Below are positions 14,101-26,835 of a stretch of DNA of 64,000 nt, piece after piece. Position numbers and translations under genes: made by a program. Within the stretch, counting starts at the first letter, position 1, and every line of letters starts with the position of its first letter. The notes under the pieces are model-generated. The model worked only from the letters and a program-made list of their open reading frames with translations, had not been told where the DNA came from and did not search any database. This DNA comes from Schmidtea polychroa (Eukaryota): NCBI GenBank assembly GCA_044892525.1, contig CM097885.1:5396001-5460000 (forward strand). The letters run 5' to 3'.

Positions 14101-15624
14101 TTAATTAATTAATTAAAAAAATTAATTAGAAAATTAATTAAAAAAAAATAATTAGATGACAAGTATATCGCCGTAAAGATAATGCTGAAAATATTAAAAA
14201 AAATTAATATTTTGTTTATATGCGACAAAAATCCTGTGAAATTGAAAGTAAAAGATTCAGATTGAGATTGTTTTAAAAATTACTGGTAAAATATAAAAAT
14301 GACCCTCATGGGAAGTATTAAATATAAATTGTCTAATTCCAACTTTTTTTATATATAAGAAAGGTTAATTAATTAATTAAAAAAATTAATTAGAAAATTA
14401 ATTAAAAAAAAATAATTAGAAAATTAATTAAAAAAAAATAATTAGAAAATTACAACTTAATAAATTTCCCGAATCAGTAAGAAAATTTTTTGAGTATTAT
14501 GATGTAGTCTAACCACAATTATAAAGTTATTTTTTGTAAACGTTTTGGTCTTTTATGAAAAGGTAACCTTACTAACTATACACCAGTTTTGTTTATTTGG
14601 AGGGGTTTATTGAGTTAGCTTCAGAGAGTTCAATGATTTTCATTAAAGTGAATTGCATCAGATCATAGCAGAAAAAGCTGGTGAAAGAGAAGAAAAGAAA
14701 TCCCGAGAGTCACAATGAAAAACAACTGGAAGTTTCAATTATCACGTAAGGAAATACACAAATTTCGTCACGCAATAAAGAGAATGCTACCGAAAATAAT
14801 ATCATTAATGATGAAGGGAAATTATTAATAGTCACCAAGATATTTTCTGGTGAATTTATGACCCTGACATTCCTTAAGTCATCATATTGGAAGAATTCAT
14901 AGATTATGGGGGTCAGCCTAAACCACCTTTCACTTGTATACTTCCCTTCATATAAATCCCCTGCGCAACTCACAGCGATATCATTATTATTTAATGAAAT
15001 ACAAATTCACCACCGGTAAAGAATGTAAATTATATAAATTATTAATCGAAAACAAGAAACTCAATCCCAGCTGAAACGAAAACGAGGCGAGCCCAATAGG
15101 TGACAATCATTTTGTTTACTGACTTATCAATCCCCCTCACACTTAGAAATGAAATAAAAATGAATTCTATATCCTAAATCATGAATTAATATTATTAATT
15201 AATAATTGAAGATCAATAATCCTGATCCAATCAATAAATTGCACATTATCCGATCGATCGTCTAATCGATCCAATGAAATCTCACCAAATACTTACGCTG
15301 GGATCATCGGATAAATTGCTCTGATAATAATTGCTGGGATAAATCGAGCGCTTCGATACTCGTCGGTGCTTGAATGAATAAATCGACGGCATAATCTGAA
15401 GAAAATGAGAAGGAATTAAAAATCTTATTCAATAGCAAGTTGTATATTCAACAGCGAACCTCATTGAGAAATACGAATCCATATTTGGCTGCTAATCTCT
15501 TTGCGTCGACAATCGTTCCGTTGATCTGAACTGCCCAAGTATCTGTGTAATGGCCACGTGATTCTGATTGAGATTCAACGCCGAAACAAAAGAGAGATGA
15601 GAAGAGAATTAGAAAACACTTCAT
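9182..15624 (-). CDS. Furin/PCSK-type proprotein convertase, exons 1-3 (signal peptide and S8 prodomain); later exons not found in the window
   Basis: Manually spliced exons 15624-15460 (MKCFLILFSSLFCFGVESQSESRGHYTDTWAVQINGTIVDAKRLAAKYGFVFLNE), 15395-15297 (IMPSIYSFKHRRVSKRSIYPSNYYQSNLSDDPS) and 9268-9182 (VIWLEQQFAKVRVKRHIVNDPKWYKMWYL). All are GT-AG, phase 0. The WAV motif, WxEQQxxKxRVKR cleavage site and NDPxWxxxWYL are typical of the furin/kexin family. Confidence 0.9.
13892..14420. repeat. Near-identical 264-bp tandem duplication in furin intron 2
   Basis: atgacaagtatatcgccgtaaagataatgctg... starts at 13892 and again at 14156. Confidence 0.9.
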
Positions 15625-16910
15625 TACAATATATTCATATCATAAATTTATTGCGCTAAAATTTTCCAACTGACAACGCCTAATTTGTAATAAAACCTGA
15701 CGTAATTTCATTTAATTATAACGATTTCAACATTTAACCTTAATTAAGGTGTAAATTGATAAATTAAAACGCCGAATACATTTGTTATAAATTAATTTAC
15801 CATTTAAAATTGAAAGAATTTTTTGTAATTTCTATTTAGTATTTTATTAAAAAATATTTTAACTCAATTCCAAATTTTTTAACTAATTTAAATGATTTCA
15901 AAATTCTTTTTTTCGATTGTTGGAAATATTAAATTTAAATTTTTCGTTTTTGAATAATTTTTTTAGAATTAATAATGAAACTTACATTACGGAAATATTT
16001 AGTTTAAATTTAATTTCAAAAAATTTTAATTTAAAAACACAATGTAGTGAGGAAATCATAATATTTGGAAGATTTATTTGGTTTACATAATTATTTTTAT
16101 ATAAATAATCAAACATAGTAATTTTATTCTCGAAGGTCCTTAGGGACAAGTGCCATCATTCGTTGGCCATTTATTTGAGAAAGTATTTCAGGACTTTAAA
16201 AATTACAGTCGGATGGGGAAATTTTTATCTAATTGTATTTTTATATCAAGTAGTAATGATATTTGTGTGGAAAGCCATAAAAGAAAGGGGAGCCGTTGGC
16301 AACACGGAAAATCGGTTTAAAACAAATTTCTCCGAATCCATTTCGCTAGACGAAATTCTCAAATTGGACATAATGTAAAAATACCCCATTTACAGCAGTT
16401 GGATAATTATCAGACTCTTGACAGAGGATTTTATTCACTTTGCACTTTCATCATTGACTATCCCGAGGCATTTCATTGATTTAATTAGAGATTTTAATTC
16501 GAATTTAATTTATGATAAAATATGAAAATTGCAACATTTCAATTTTTCATTTTAAATTTGATGCGTAAATTCTTTTATCTTCGCTTTATAATTGTTTTGC
16601 GGATCCGGATCAGAAATGTTAGATTCAATTTCATGACAAATGATCTAATAAATTAATTATTTTATTTTAATCAATTCACCAGTTTAATACGAAAAATTCT
16701 TTTGAAAGAATAGATTGAAATATAAAACAATAATAACAATTCTTGATTACCATGATAATATTCCTTTCAAATGGAACACTAAAGGGACTACCGGATCTTT
16801 ATTTGAACTTCATACTTGACCAAAATCAAAAATAATATAAAAAGATATAATATATAATTGTTTACAAGGTAAACAGGCGAAATAAAGAAATAATTTATCG
16901 AAATATATAT

Positions 16911-18530
16911 TTATATCATACAGCCGTCCTCAACAACGCTGACAGTTCTGTTCTGGATGTACCACAAATCCTTGCAAACATTTGACATCATCCTTCCATC
17001 GTGAGTAACAACAATAACTCCTCCTTTGAATTTCCTCAAAGCATCTTCTAAAGCTTCAGTTCCATCTTTATCCAAATGACTTGTCGGTTCATCGAAAATC
17101 AAAAAGTTAGGCTTCTGCATGTAAATAGTGGAGAAAGCTACTCTTGACTTTTGTCCCGATGATAAACATCTGACCGGAATGTTCCAATCTTCACTTGTGA
17201 TTCCGAATTTCAACAAATGACTTTGATAAGTTTCGAGTTTGCAGTTGGGAACTCGGATCTGCATAATTTCAATTGCTGATTTATCCAGTTCCAAATGGTC
17301 GACGTAATGCTGGCTGAAGTAGCCGACATTTGTTCGATCATTTAAGAACATGTTTCCATTGGTGGGTTTGAGGATTTTCATGAAGATCTTCAATAGAGTA
17401 GTTTTACCGCAACCGTTGTCTCCGAGGATGCAGATTTTAGAATCGGGTTGAACGCGTAATGTGATGTTTCTAAATATTTCTTTAGCGGGACCAAAACTGA
17501 ATCCCATTTCATTCGTTTCAATTGTAGCGCACTTGATTTTCAAGCAAGCGGGAAATCTCCAGATTTCTCTCGGTTCTAGAATACTTTCATCAATGACGGG
17601 CATCTTTTTTATTTGTTGTCTTTTAGCAGCGACTTCTTTCTTTTTTGTCTTTTCGAACTTTTTTATGTATTCCATCAATTCAGCTTTCTGTGCCTTTTGT
17701 TCTTGGATTTGATTTCTAACTTTATCTCTGTCGAGTTCTTGATTCCTCAACCATTCGTAGTATTTGCAAGCATAATGTACGACAGTTTTATTTTCAATCG
17801 ATAACAAATCCGTTGCAACGTTAGATAAAAAGCCTCCGTCATGAGAAATGAAAAATAAATTTGTCTTCCATTCTTTCAAAAATCCCGACAACCATTTGAT
17901 AGTTCTATCGTCCAACATGTTAGTTGGTTCATCTAAAAGTAAAAGATCTGGTTCAGCCATCAGAACAGTTGCCAAACTAATCTTCATTCTCCAACCACCA
18001 GATAAATTACCAACGTGGTCATTCATCTTTTCAGCAGTAAATCCCATTCCATCTAATATTTTCACGAGTTTTGGTACTTCAACATCTTTGTTCTTCTTGT
18101 TGACAGCTCTGCTTTTCACGTCAGCAAATCTCACCATGAAATCTTCAACTTCATCTTTACCAACAAAGCATTCGACAACTTTAGTTCCATCAGCAAGACA
18201 TTCTTCTTCGACAATTCCGATTGTGTAATCCTTTGGAAAGTCGAATAAGCCCATTTGAATGGCTTTGAATAGGATAGATTTACCGGATCCATTGCTACCA
18301 ATAAGACCATATCTTTTCCCATGTTCAATTGTGATAGTTGAATCTTTGAGCAAAACCTTTTCAAGGATCGTCATGTTCAAATTTTCAAGTGCAAATGATT
18401 TCATTGGTGCGCTTTGATCTTCGGTTTTGTTGACAAAATTATGGGACAATTTGATGCAACTGATCAATTGTTGATCTTGTTCTTCTTCCAATGTTTTCCT
18501 TTCGGATTTTGTAAGAAATTTCGGAGGCAT
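16911..18530 (-). CDS. Intronless ABC-F family ATPase (ABCF3/GCN20-like), 539 aa
   Basis: Two ABC domains without transmembrane segments: GSNGSGKS, LSGGWRMKISLA, LLLLDEPTNMLD, ISHD; and GDNGCGKTT, LSSGQKSRVAF, FDEPTSHLD, VTHD. Confidence 0.92.
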   Translation of the reverse strand: MPPKFLTKSERKTLEEEQDQQLISCIKLSHNFVNKTEDQSAPMKSFALENLNMTILEKVLLKDSTITIEHGKRYGLIGSNGSGKSILFKAIQMGLFDFPKDYTIGIVEEECLADGTKVVECFVGKDEVEDFMVRFADVKSRAVNKKNKDVEVPKLVKILDGMGFTAEKMNDHVGNLSGGWRMKISLATVLMAEPDLLLLDEPTNMLDDRTIKWLSGFLKEWKTNLFFISHDGGFLSNVATDLLSIENKTVVHYACKYYEWLRNQELDRDKVRNQIQEQKAQKAELMEYIKKFEKTKKKEVAAKRQQIKKMPVIDESILEPREIWRFPACLKIKCATIETNEMGFSFGPAKEIFRNITLRVQPDSKICILGDNGCGKTTLLKIFMKILKPTNGNMFLNDRTNVGYFSQHYVDHLELDKSAIEIMQIRVPNCKLETYQSHLLKFGITSEDWNIPVRCLSSGQKSRVAFSTIYMQKPNFLIFDEPTSHLDKDGTEALEDALRKFKGGVIVVTHDGRMMSNVCKDLWYIQNRTVSVVEDGCMI

Positions 18531-18589
18531 TGTTGAGAGGATGTCAAATGTTAAATATGAAATAACAATTAAATATATTCAAACAAATA

Positions 18590-19520
18590 TTTACAAATTT
18601 TCTCATATTTAAAATAATTTATAAAAATAAAATTTAAATTAAATAATATTTATTAATAATTTAATCTCGATTTAGTTTTCTTTTAAAAAAATTAATATTA
18701 TAAATTTAAATATTTTTTCAATTTTTTTTAAAAATATATAATTTAGTAATAATATTAATATTTTTATAATATTATTTATAATTGTGATCAAGAATTATTC
18801 GGGCCAGCATTTCAATAAATTATAATTCCAAATCTTACCTGGTATAAAATTATATTGAAATGTTATATTTATAATAATTTATTTTTAAATTAATTTTAAT
18901 AATTTAAATTTAAAATAATTTTTAAAAAGATTATATATATGCATGTAAAACTGGTTATAAAATTAAAATAATTTAGTAATTGTTTTTTAAGAAAAAAATA
19001 ATTATTTTTTATTATTTTATTTGTTTGTTTAAAAATTGCATCAGAAATTACATAACAATAATTTGATTTAAATATTTATTTTCTTTTTAAAATTTAAAAT
19101 ATTTAATAATAATTTAATCTTGACTTTGTTTCAGAAATTTTCTCATATTTAAAATAATTTATTAAAATTAAAATTAATTAATATTTATTAATGATTTACT
19201 TTCGATTTTGTTTTCTTTTAAAAAATTAATATTATAAATTTAAATTATTTTTTAAATTATTTTAAAAATATATAATTTAATAATAATAGAATAATTATAT
19301 TTTTTATAATTTTATTTTTAATTGTGACCAAGAATTATTCGGGCCAGCATTTCAATAAATTATAATTCCAAATCTTACTTGGTATAAAATTATATTGAAA
19401 TGCTATATTTATAATAATTTTTTTAATTTTTATTAATTTTTGTTTGTTTAAATATTTCATCAGCAATTACATAACAATAATTTTATTTCTTTTTTAAATT
19501 AATTTTAATAATTTAAATTT
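18590..19520. repeat. Diverged tandem duplication (about 540-bp period) upstream of the ABC-F gene
   Basis: attgtga(t/c)caagaattattcgggccagcatttcaataaattataattccaaatcttac occurs at 18781 and 19322. Confidence 0.8.
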
Positions 19521-20199
19521 CAAAAAAATATTTATTAGAAAATTTTAAAAAATATTAATTTATAAGGATAAAATGGTTTTTAAAATATTTATATTTATAA
19601 TATATTATAATATTTATCATAAGATTTCTAATAATATTTATTATAATATTTATAATAAATACATTTCAAAAAAGTGCTCATTACAATTTTTCATCATACT
19701 TATATTGTCATTATTTGGTATTCATTATTACCCCTTTAGGCCACACAGAACACCTCTATTATCATATATTATTTATTGCTTGATTTTGAATTTTTTGTTC
19801 GCCAGAAATCTTTGACCAGATTATTATTTTTGTTTATTTAAATATTTATTTTGATTTTTAATATTTTAAATTTAAAAAATGTTTTGATTTGTCAATTAAC
19901 ATTTTTCAAAACGTTTTTGTGCAACTAGTCCTATATGAAATTTTAATTAAACAAAATTTGCATGTCAACATTTTAAAGTATTTTTATATAATTAAACTTA
20001 GAAAATTTTTCACAATGTAATACAACTTTAATATATATCTTGGAAAATATACTTTAACCGCAATTCTAAATCATTTATTTTAAATTGTCCATCTAATATG
20101 TGTTTTTCATGTTCTTAACTAATCAGAATCAAACATTTCTATTAAAATGTATTTTTTATCAATTAAATTTAATAGAATCACCATTAAAACCTTAAATTT

Positions 20200-22108
20200 T
20201 AAAATATTCTTTCAATCAACATGAAATTCTTAGAAAATATATGAAAAAATTATTTAGTCAAATTCAATATCATTACAGTAATCATCATCAAAATCTATCC
20301 TATCACTTGATTATTGTAAAAATTCTAATTATTAACCTCATTGAAAATTAATTTTTATTTAAAATTAAAAAACAAGTCAATAAAAATACAGCTAATTATC
20401 AAGAAATTAATTAAATTTACCTTAGAAATTACATTAAAACCTTAAATTTTTAAATATTCTTTCAATCAACATGAAATTCATAAAAATTATAGAAATTCAC
20501 AAAAATGATAGAAATTTAATTGAATATTTACTAAATCCATCAACTCTAAAAACACCAAATTTGCCTAAATAAAATTATCAAAACACACCAATACCCTTAC
20601 GACTAGTACCCTTACGACCAGTACCCTTATGACCAGTACCCTTATGACCAGTACCCATAGGGGTCAAAACATCTTGTCGGACAAACTCAAAGTATATATA
20701 ATAAAATGAATTAACTCCATCTAATTTATCATTGAATCATTCAAATTATCACAAATTTTGAAAAAAAATATTATTCTAAAGTGCTAAGCAATTGTAGGAT
20801 AAAAATGAAAAGAGGATTATTTTTTCATAAACTTTGATAAACTAACAATATTATTCTAAAGTGGTACGAATCTTCATTAAAGTGAGGAAATTATTCATTA
20901 CTCTATGATAAATTAATAATTCAAATGGATGAAAATAAGTGGTAGAATTATTCATTAATGGAAGCTATAATTGATTAATTGTCGATCATCGCGTCTGTGT
21001 GTGCTTTTTACTTTCTTTGTTTTTGGGTTGCGTGCGCACACAGACGCGTTAATTGTGAAAATGATTTTGTGAATTGAAGTATGTGTGCGTGTGTATGTGT
21101 GTTATAATGTCAGCGATATGTAACTGGCTTGTATATATTACAATCAATTAACACCTTGATTTGGAACTGATACATACGTTGGAATTTGGTTTTTTGCTGG
21201 ATTCGAATTAGTGTTTTTGTGTTTTTACGGATCGATTTAAGTTTTGAGTGAGTTTGGATCGTTTTGGAATCTTGAGTTTTGGAATTTTTTGAAATTACTG
21301 TACTTTTGCCAAATATATGATTTTAAATCAAGTTTTTCTGAGACTTCTCTAGTGGATTTAATTATATATATGATTTCAAATCAAGTTTTTGAGATTTCGC
21401 CAGTGGATTTAATTATCAAATCAAATGATCATGCTATTCAACGCGACAGGGGCGTTTACATATCTCAGAATGGTAAATGGGTGACGTGCAAGGATGGATT
21501 TATTGAAACACTTGAATCTGATAACTCAATGGCAATTGGAAATACTAAAAACAAAACTGATGGTTCCTTTTTTATGACTCCAAGAGATCCTGATAACTTT
21601 AATTGTGTTTTTGGTCAACTAATATCAAATTTATTTGGTGTATTGCTGCCGCAGGATTTTAGATTCGATTCGATTACATGTTTCAACAGATTTCGACAAG
21701 TGATTGCACAATAACTCAAAATGTTTCGCCAACATCCTCAGAAAGTACAGCACCAAAATCGGCATCTCTACCAAAATCCTCATCCCCGAAAGCTATTCGT
21801 TCGAGAAGTTCCTCTATCATGTTCATTCATTATTTGCCATTTGCAAATGAAAATTGCGGGACAATTAAACAATAATTGCTAAATGAAAATATATTGAGAA
21901 GTGGCATAGATAAGATGCTTATATATTAATTGATTTAATTAAAATTATTTTTCTAAAAATTATCACTTTAATAAAAATATTTTTAAAAGAAATTAATGTG
22001 GGGATGATATAAGTGATAATAATTAGTGGAATATCGGGGGGAATATAAGTGATTAAATAGTGAAATATCAAGAATCGGGGAGAATTTAAGTGAGGAGGAT
22101 ATATAATT
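20200..22108 (+). mobile_element. Older, diverged copy of element-B arm sequence (left flank of Polinton A)
   Basis: Colinear similarity to about 37200-38405: the tacccttacgaccag repeats and tgtcggacaaactcaaagtata, gaatcttcattaaagtgaggaaatta, gagaagtggcatagataag, and gaggatatataatt. It carries an extra segment of about 0.93 kb at 20965-21895. The left boundary is approximate. Confidence 0.8.
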
Positions 22109-22772
22109 AGTAGTGTGGTTATATACCCAACCAAAACAGCCCTCCCAACAAAACATGCCTCCAAATCACTTAAGCTATTAGAAAAACAACCTAAAACTTA
22201 TACTTTTATAGTATTTTAACCCTATATTTTGAAAACAACCACCCTTAATGACTCTAACTGTTTTAATCTTTAAAGCCTCAAACTCAAAAGCCTCAAACTA
22301 AAAACATAAAGAGAATAGAAAAGAAAATGGTATTATGAAAAAGTTAGAAGGCTACTTGAGGATGCCAACTAGCAAGTTGCTAATTGGCTAATTAAAAAAA
22401 ATAAATGAAATCTTAATCTTGATGTCTTGAAGAATAAAAAATTTTATGAAAATAGTAAAACTGCTCTGAGAGGACAGTGGTTTTTTTTTTTTTTTTTTTT
22501 TTTCACTGTCCTCTCAACAGTTTTTTTTTGATCCGGATCATTTTTTTTTATTTCAACCTCTTTCGTTTATCAAATCTCTTCCAATATACAAGCTGGCCAG
22601 ACTCATACATCAGAATCAATTCGATAATAGCAGCACACCTTACTATTCGCTTCTCGCTCACGAAGTCGATTTCATCGGCGTTTTAAGTGTGCTGCTCGAA
22701 AGTACAAATGAATTCGAAAGTGAATCCGAAAGAGGTCCGAAAACAACCGAGAAATAAATGTGCACATTAAAG
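22109..22772 (+). repeat. Left terminal inverted repeat of Polinton A
   Basis: Reverse complement of 55994-56593, apart from an indel of about 60 bp at about 22515-22575 and few substitutions. Confidence 0.92.
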
Positions 22773-22777
22773 GTGCA

Positions 22778-25700
22778 CATGAAAAAGGTCAAATTATAGT
22801 TTTATAAGTTATTTTTATTCAAATGGTACAGATTGAGCCTCCTTGGCTGAGAGGGTTTACGACAAATGTCAATCAGGATTGTTTTGAGATATCCAAATAT
22901 ATATTACAATCATTTGAGGCTTTTTTTATTAAGAGCTGACTATTATTTCCATTTTAATAAAAGATGTATCATTAAGTCATTGCACTGTTTTCTATTTAAC
23001 ACTTATTTTTGACAATGTCTTTTTCAAGTTCATCCTTTGCACACCATTTCCAGTATAGATTCTTTAAGCAAACAGCAGAGAAGGCTCATATATCAAGCTA
23101 AATATACTATATAAACATGTATTATGGGAAATGGCAGAGCAGCAAGGATGAAGTATTACAATTATACACCGATTCTAAACTCTTAGAGACTACAGTAAGG
23201 GGAAAACATATTATAATTAAACGTTGAATTCGGGTTGTATGTTTGTTGTGTGAGTTCTTCTTTCCAACCGTTTATTGGTTCTATTTTGCCTTTGAAAATA
23301 ATGATATCATTAGAATATTTATTTCCTACCTTTTTGTGATGGGGTTGAAAGGAAGGTTGACAGAATGAAAGTAAAAGGTATATTCATGTCTAACTCCTTC
23401 GGTAATAGACTTGATATATAAAATGTGGTATAAAGTGGTATAAAGTACGATATATATGGGGATGTTCGAGGAACATTTCACAGCTGAAATGTGGCGAAAT
23501 TTATAAGAATATAAAAGAAAGAATCTTATATTAAAATAAATATTTTGTTGTTAATTGTGACACAGATCATCGAACAATGTCTAAATCTTCAAACCTCGGG
23601 AAAACTAGCATAGGATGCGATTGCGCATTGGTTGTCCTTGTCTTTGCTCATCCAGATGTATCCGTTCATTCCCCATTTTGAACTCCAGCTGTTTTTCACG
23701 ATCCAATAATTATCCAATACGTTTGTGCCGTATCCTACGACCAATACTGCATGGTCAATAATTTGAGAACAGTTTGGATCGTTATAAACTCCTGATCTAA
23801 TTATTTACATGATTTATCAACTACTTTCTATAAAAGGTTTTACTTATATAACTGAAACTTCCTCGATACACTAATTGCAACCGATATTGGTCCTTCGTTG
23901 GCCACTGCAATCGCTAAACTCTCTTCATTATTATTTATTTTTTTGTATCCATTGACAGAGGTGACCACTTTCGAACGATTGAACATGCAATTGAGTTTCT
24001 ATAAATATAAAATCAAATCAAATAGTAAGATAAATAATTTGATAGACCCCCCCCCTTCCGTCAGACATAAAAATTAATGCTTTTAATGTTAAATTGCTTT
24101 TTTTATCATAAAATGTTGAACATCTCCAATACAATGATAAAGTGAAGGTTACATCATTGCTTACAGAAAGGGGAGGCTCTGAGTCCATTTTGTATTACGA
24201 AACACTAACTAGGTTAAGTCAGCACTTTGAATAAATAATTGGAATATTCTCAGGTTTTCTGATTGTTCTTTTTCTTATATATTATAAACGTTATCATCCG
24301 ACAAAATTAAGTATATAATAATTATGTAATAAAAATAACACTTGATAAAGGCAGCGCTGAAAGTTTGTGTTAAATCGACAACAATATTGATCAACAGTTG
24401 AAATGAGGATAATTGAAATTTCAAATGAAAATAGAAACAGGTCCAGGTGAAGTAAAAATAAATATTCTTTTATATAAGTAAATATTATTTTCAACTTAGG
24501 AAAATTTTATTTCATAAATAGATTAATAAAATTGTTAATTTTTCATTTTACCAAAAATTTGGTCTAGATAATCAGTTTTACAGAAACATCAAGGCCAGCG
24601 ACATATTTAACAGTTTATCACTCTTATGTCAAGATTTCTATGCCACCCTCTTCACAATTCAAAATACATATTGACAATCACAAATGTTGTCATAAGTTAT
24701 TTTAAGAAGAGAATCCAGTATCAGTCTGTTTTATTAAAAAGTGAAAATAATTAAAGTATAGTGGGTTTATTAGTTTAAACCAGCCATGGCCAACCGGTGG
24801 CCCGCGAAGCGTTTTGATGTGGCCCGGACACAATTTTAAACATCAAATCAATAATTGTCTTTTTTAGAATTCATATTCGAATTAAGCATGTTTTTAATTA
24901 AAAAAATTGATTCTATGTTTACTTGAATCGTAAAAACGAGTTATATTTATTTAAATGAATTTATTGTGGCCCGTGATAGTATTTCCTTTCGATTGATTTG
25001 GGTTGGTCACCACTGGTTTAAACTTTAATAACATAATGATTAGAAATGTGACAAATCTATGATGGGGCCTTGTTGGTCTTGTGACAAAACGGCATTGGTA
25101 TAAAAGAGTTTTGGCTTAAAAAATTAGTTAATTTTCGACGAACTGAAAAATGAGGACTCCCTTGGACGACTACAATTCCAACTGTCCGTAAATATTTTCG
25201 GGTCGGTTACTCATCAACGACCATTTAATTTAAATAAAAAAAATATCATAATTTACAAAACAGTAAAAAAAATTAAGTTTTCAGAAACTAGATTGATTCA
25301 CAAAAAGTTATAATAAATTTATTGAATATTACATCCTATGCTACATAACAAAATAAATAAATACAAAAGTTTCTTACTCTTCAATTTTTACAAAAAAAGC
25401 AGAAGAAAAGTGACTAAATATTTGTAAACTATCCTTTTCAAAGGAGGCATTTCCTATGATGGCTAACTTCCTCAAATAGTTCCGTTAAACAAAGTTTTTG
25501 GTTTCGATATTTTTTATCAATTTATTAATCCACACCGATTTTTTACAATAAAATTCTAGCAGAATTTTTAATTTCTTTCGAAAGAACATAAGATATTTTC
25601 GAATTAAATTTTTTTGCAATTTCTATATATTTCTTACATTCTTTCATTTATAACGGATTTAGATATCTTATCATCTATTAATCATTTTGTTTATTTATTA

Positions 25701-26418
25701 ATTATTAATGATTTAAATATTAAAATTACAAATTTATATTAAAACATTTAGAAAACCAATATTAAATATTTCCCAATAGCGCCAGTGGGCAATACAAAAT
25801 GTATTAAAAACTTTCTGAAAGACTTACCCGAATGTTAATGAAAAATGAAATGACTGCTTGCCTATAATAACTCATTTAAACAAAATTATATTTTTCATGA
25901 ACCTTTAATAAAACGAACATTTTACCTACTTTAGCTTTGTAAGGATAATCCTGTTCTGACTCTATTCCTCCAAGTGTCATAATATCAATAAATGCTGTAT
26001 TCATCCAACCTCCGTTACATCCATTATTACTTTCGCTACAATCTATTAACTGCTGTTCTGATAAACTGACCAAACGTCTAGTCTTGCGAAAATATTGACC
26101 TTCCAAAGATCCTGTTGTTGAAAATGCCCAACAGCCTCCACAGGCACCCTAAGGACAAAATTTACATGAAGAATAAATAATAAAATGTAAAATTATGAAA
26201 TTTATTAGTAAATATCCTTTCGCATTAAATATGCAAAAGCTTGAAAACTAATGTTTTAAAATTTGTGTTAAATAAATAGAAATATTGATCAGAAATGAAG
26301 ATGAAGGAAATTGAAAATAAAAATCGATCAATGGTGAAAAGAATTAAATAGCTACTGTAAGTCAATTATATAATACTTGATAAAGGCAGTGCCGAAAATT
26401 TGTATTGAATAGGAAATT

Positions 26419-26456
<38 letters not shown>

Positions 26457-26526
26457 TTTGATCTTTTGTCATAATGAAAATATTAAAACATCGAAAGCAG
26501 ATAAAAACATTAAATATATATATATA
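22778..26526 (-). pseudogene. Inverted partial duplicate of the cathepsin L locus (part of intron 1, exons 2-4, 3' flank) inside the left TIR of Polinton A
   Basis: Near-identical reverse complement of about 58120-61968. Exons at 26148-25930, 23998-23844 and 23796-23589; exon 1 is absent. Confidence 0.93.
24781..25015. mobile_element. hAT-type MITE with 8-bp TSD (copy inside the duplicated cathepsin intron 2)
   Basis: Ends cagccatggccaacc / ggttggtcaccactg; TSD GTTTAAAC at 24773-24780 and 25016-25023; internal tggccc motifs. Confidence 0.8.
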
Positions 26527-26602
26527 ACTAACCTCAGATGTGATTTGAACCGCTATCCATTTGAACCACTGTGGCGGTCTATTCCCACTGCGCCATCAAG
26601 GT
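26527..26602 (-). ncRNA. Candidate tRNA-like Pol III small RNA (copy 1b; terminator lost at the duplication junction)
   Basis: Minus strand reads accttga TGGCGCAGTGG gaatagaccgccacagtggttcaaatggatagc GGTTCAAATC acat ctgaggt tagt: A box and B box with tRNA-like spacing. Confidence 0.5.
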
Positions 26603-26752
26603 TTGAATTTTTGTCATTTTTTAAATTTTTAATTTATAAAAAAATAAAATAAAATAAAATAAATAAAATAAAATATACAAGTACTTTATAAATATAAGAT
26701 ACCCACACTATTTTCAATATTATTTTCAAATTTTTAATATTATTTTATGTTG

Positions 26753-26835
26753 AAAAAAAAACTAACCTCAGAAGTGATTTGAACCGCTAGCATTTTGAAC
26801 CACTGTGTCAGTCTAGCCCACTGCGCTATCAAGGT
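26753..26835 (-). ncRNA. Candidate tRNA-like Pol III small RNA (copy 1a, left)
   Basis: A box TAGCGCAGTGG, B box GGTTCAAATC, terminal pairing accttg/tgaggt and oligo-T terminator; mirror of 55686-55768. Confidence 0.55.
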
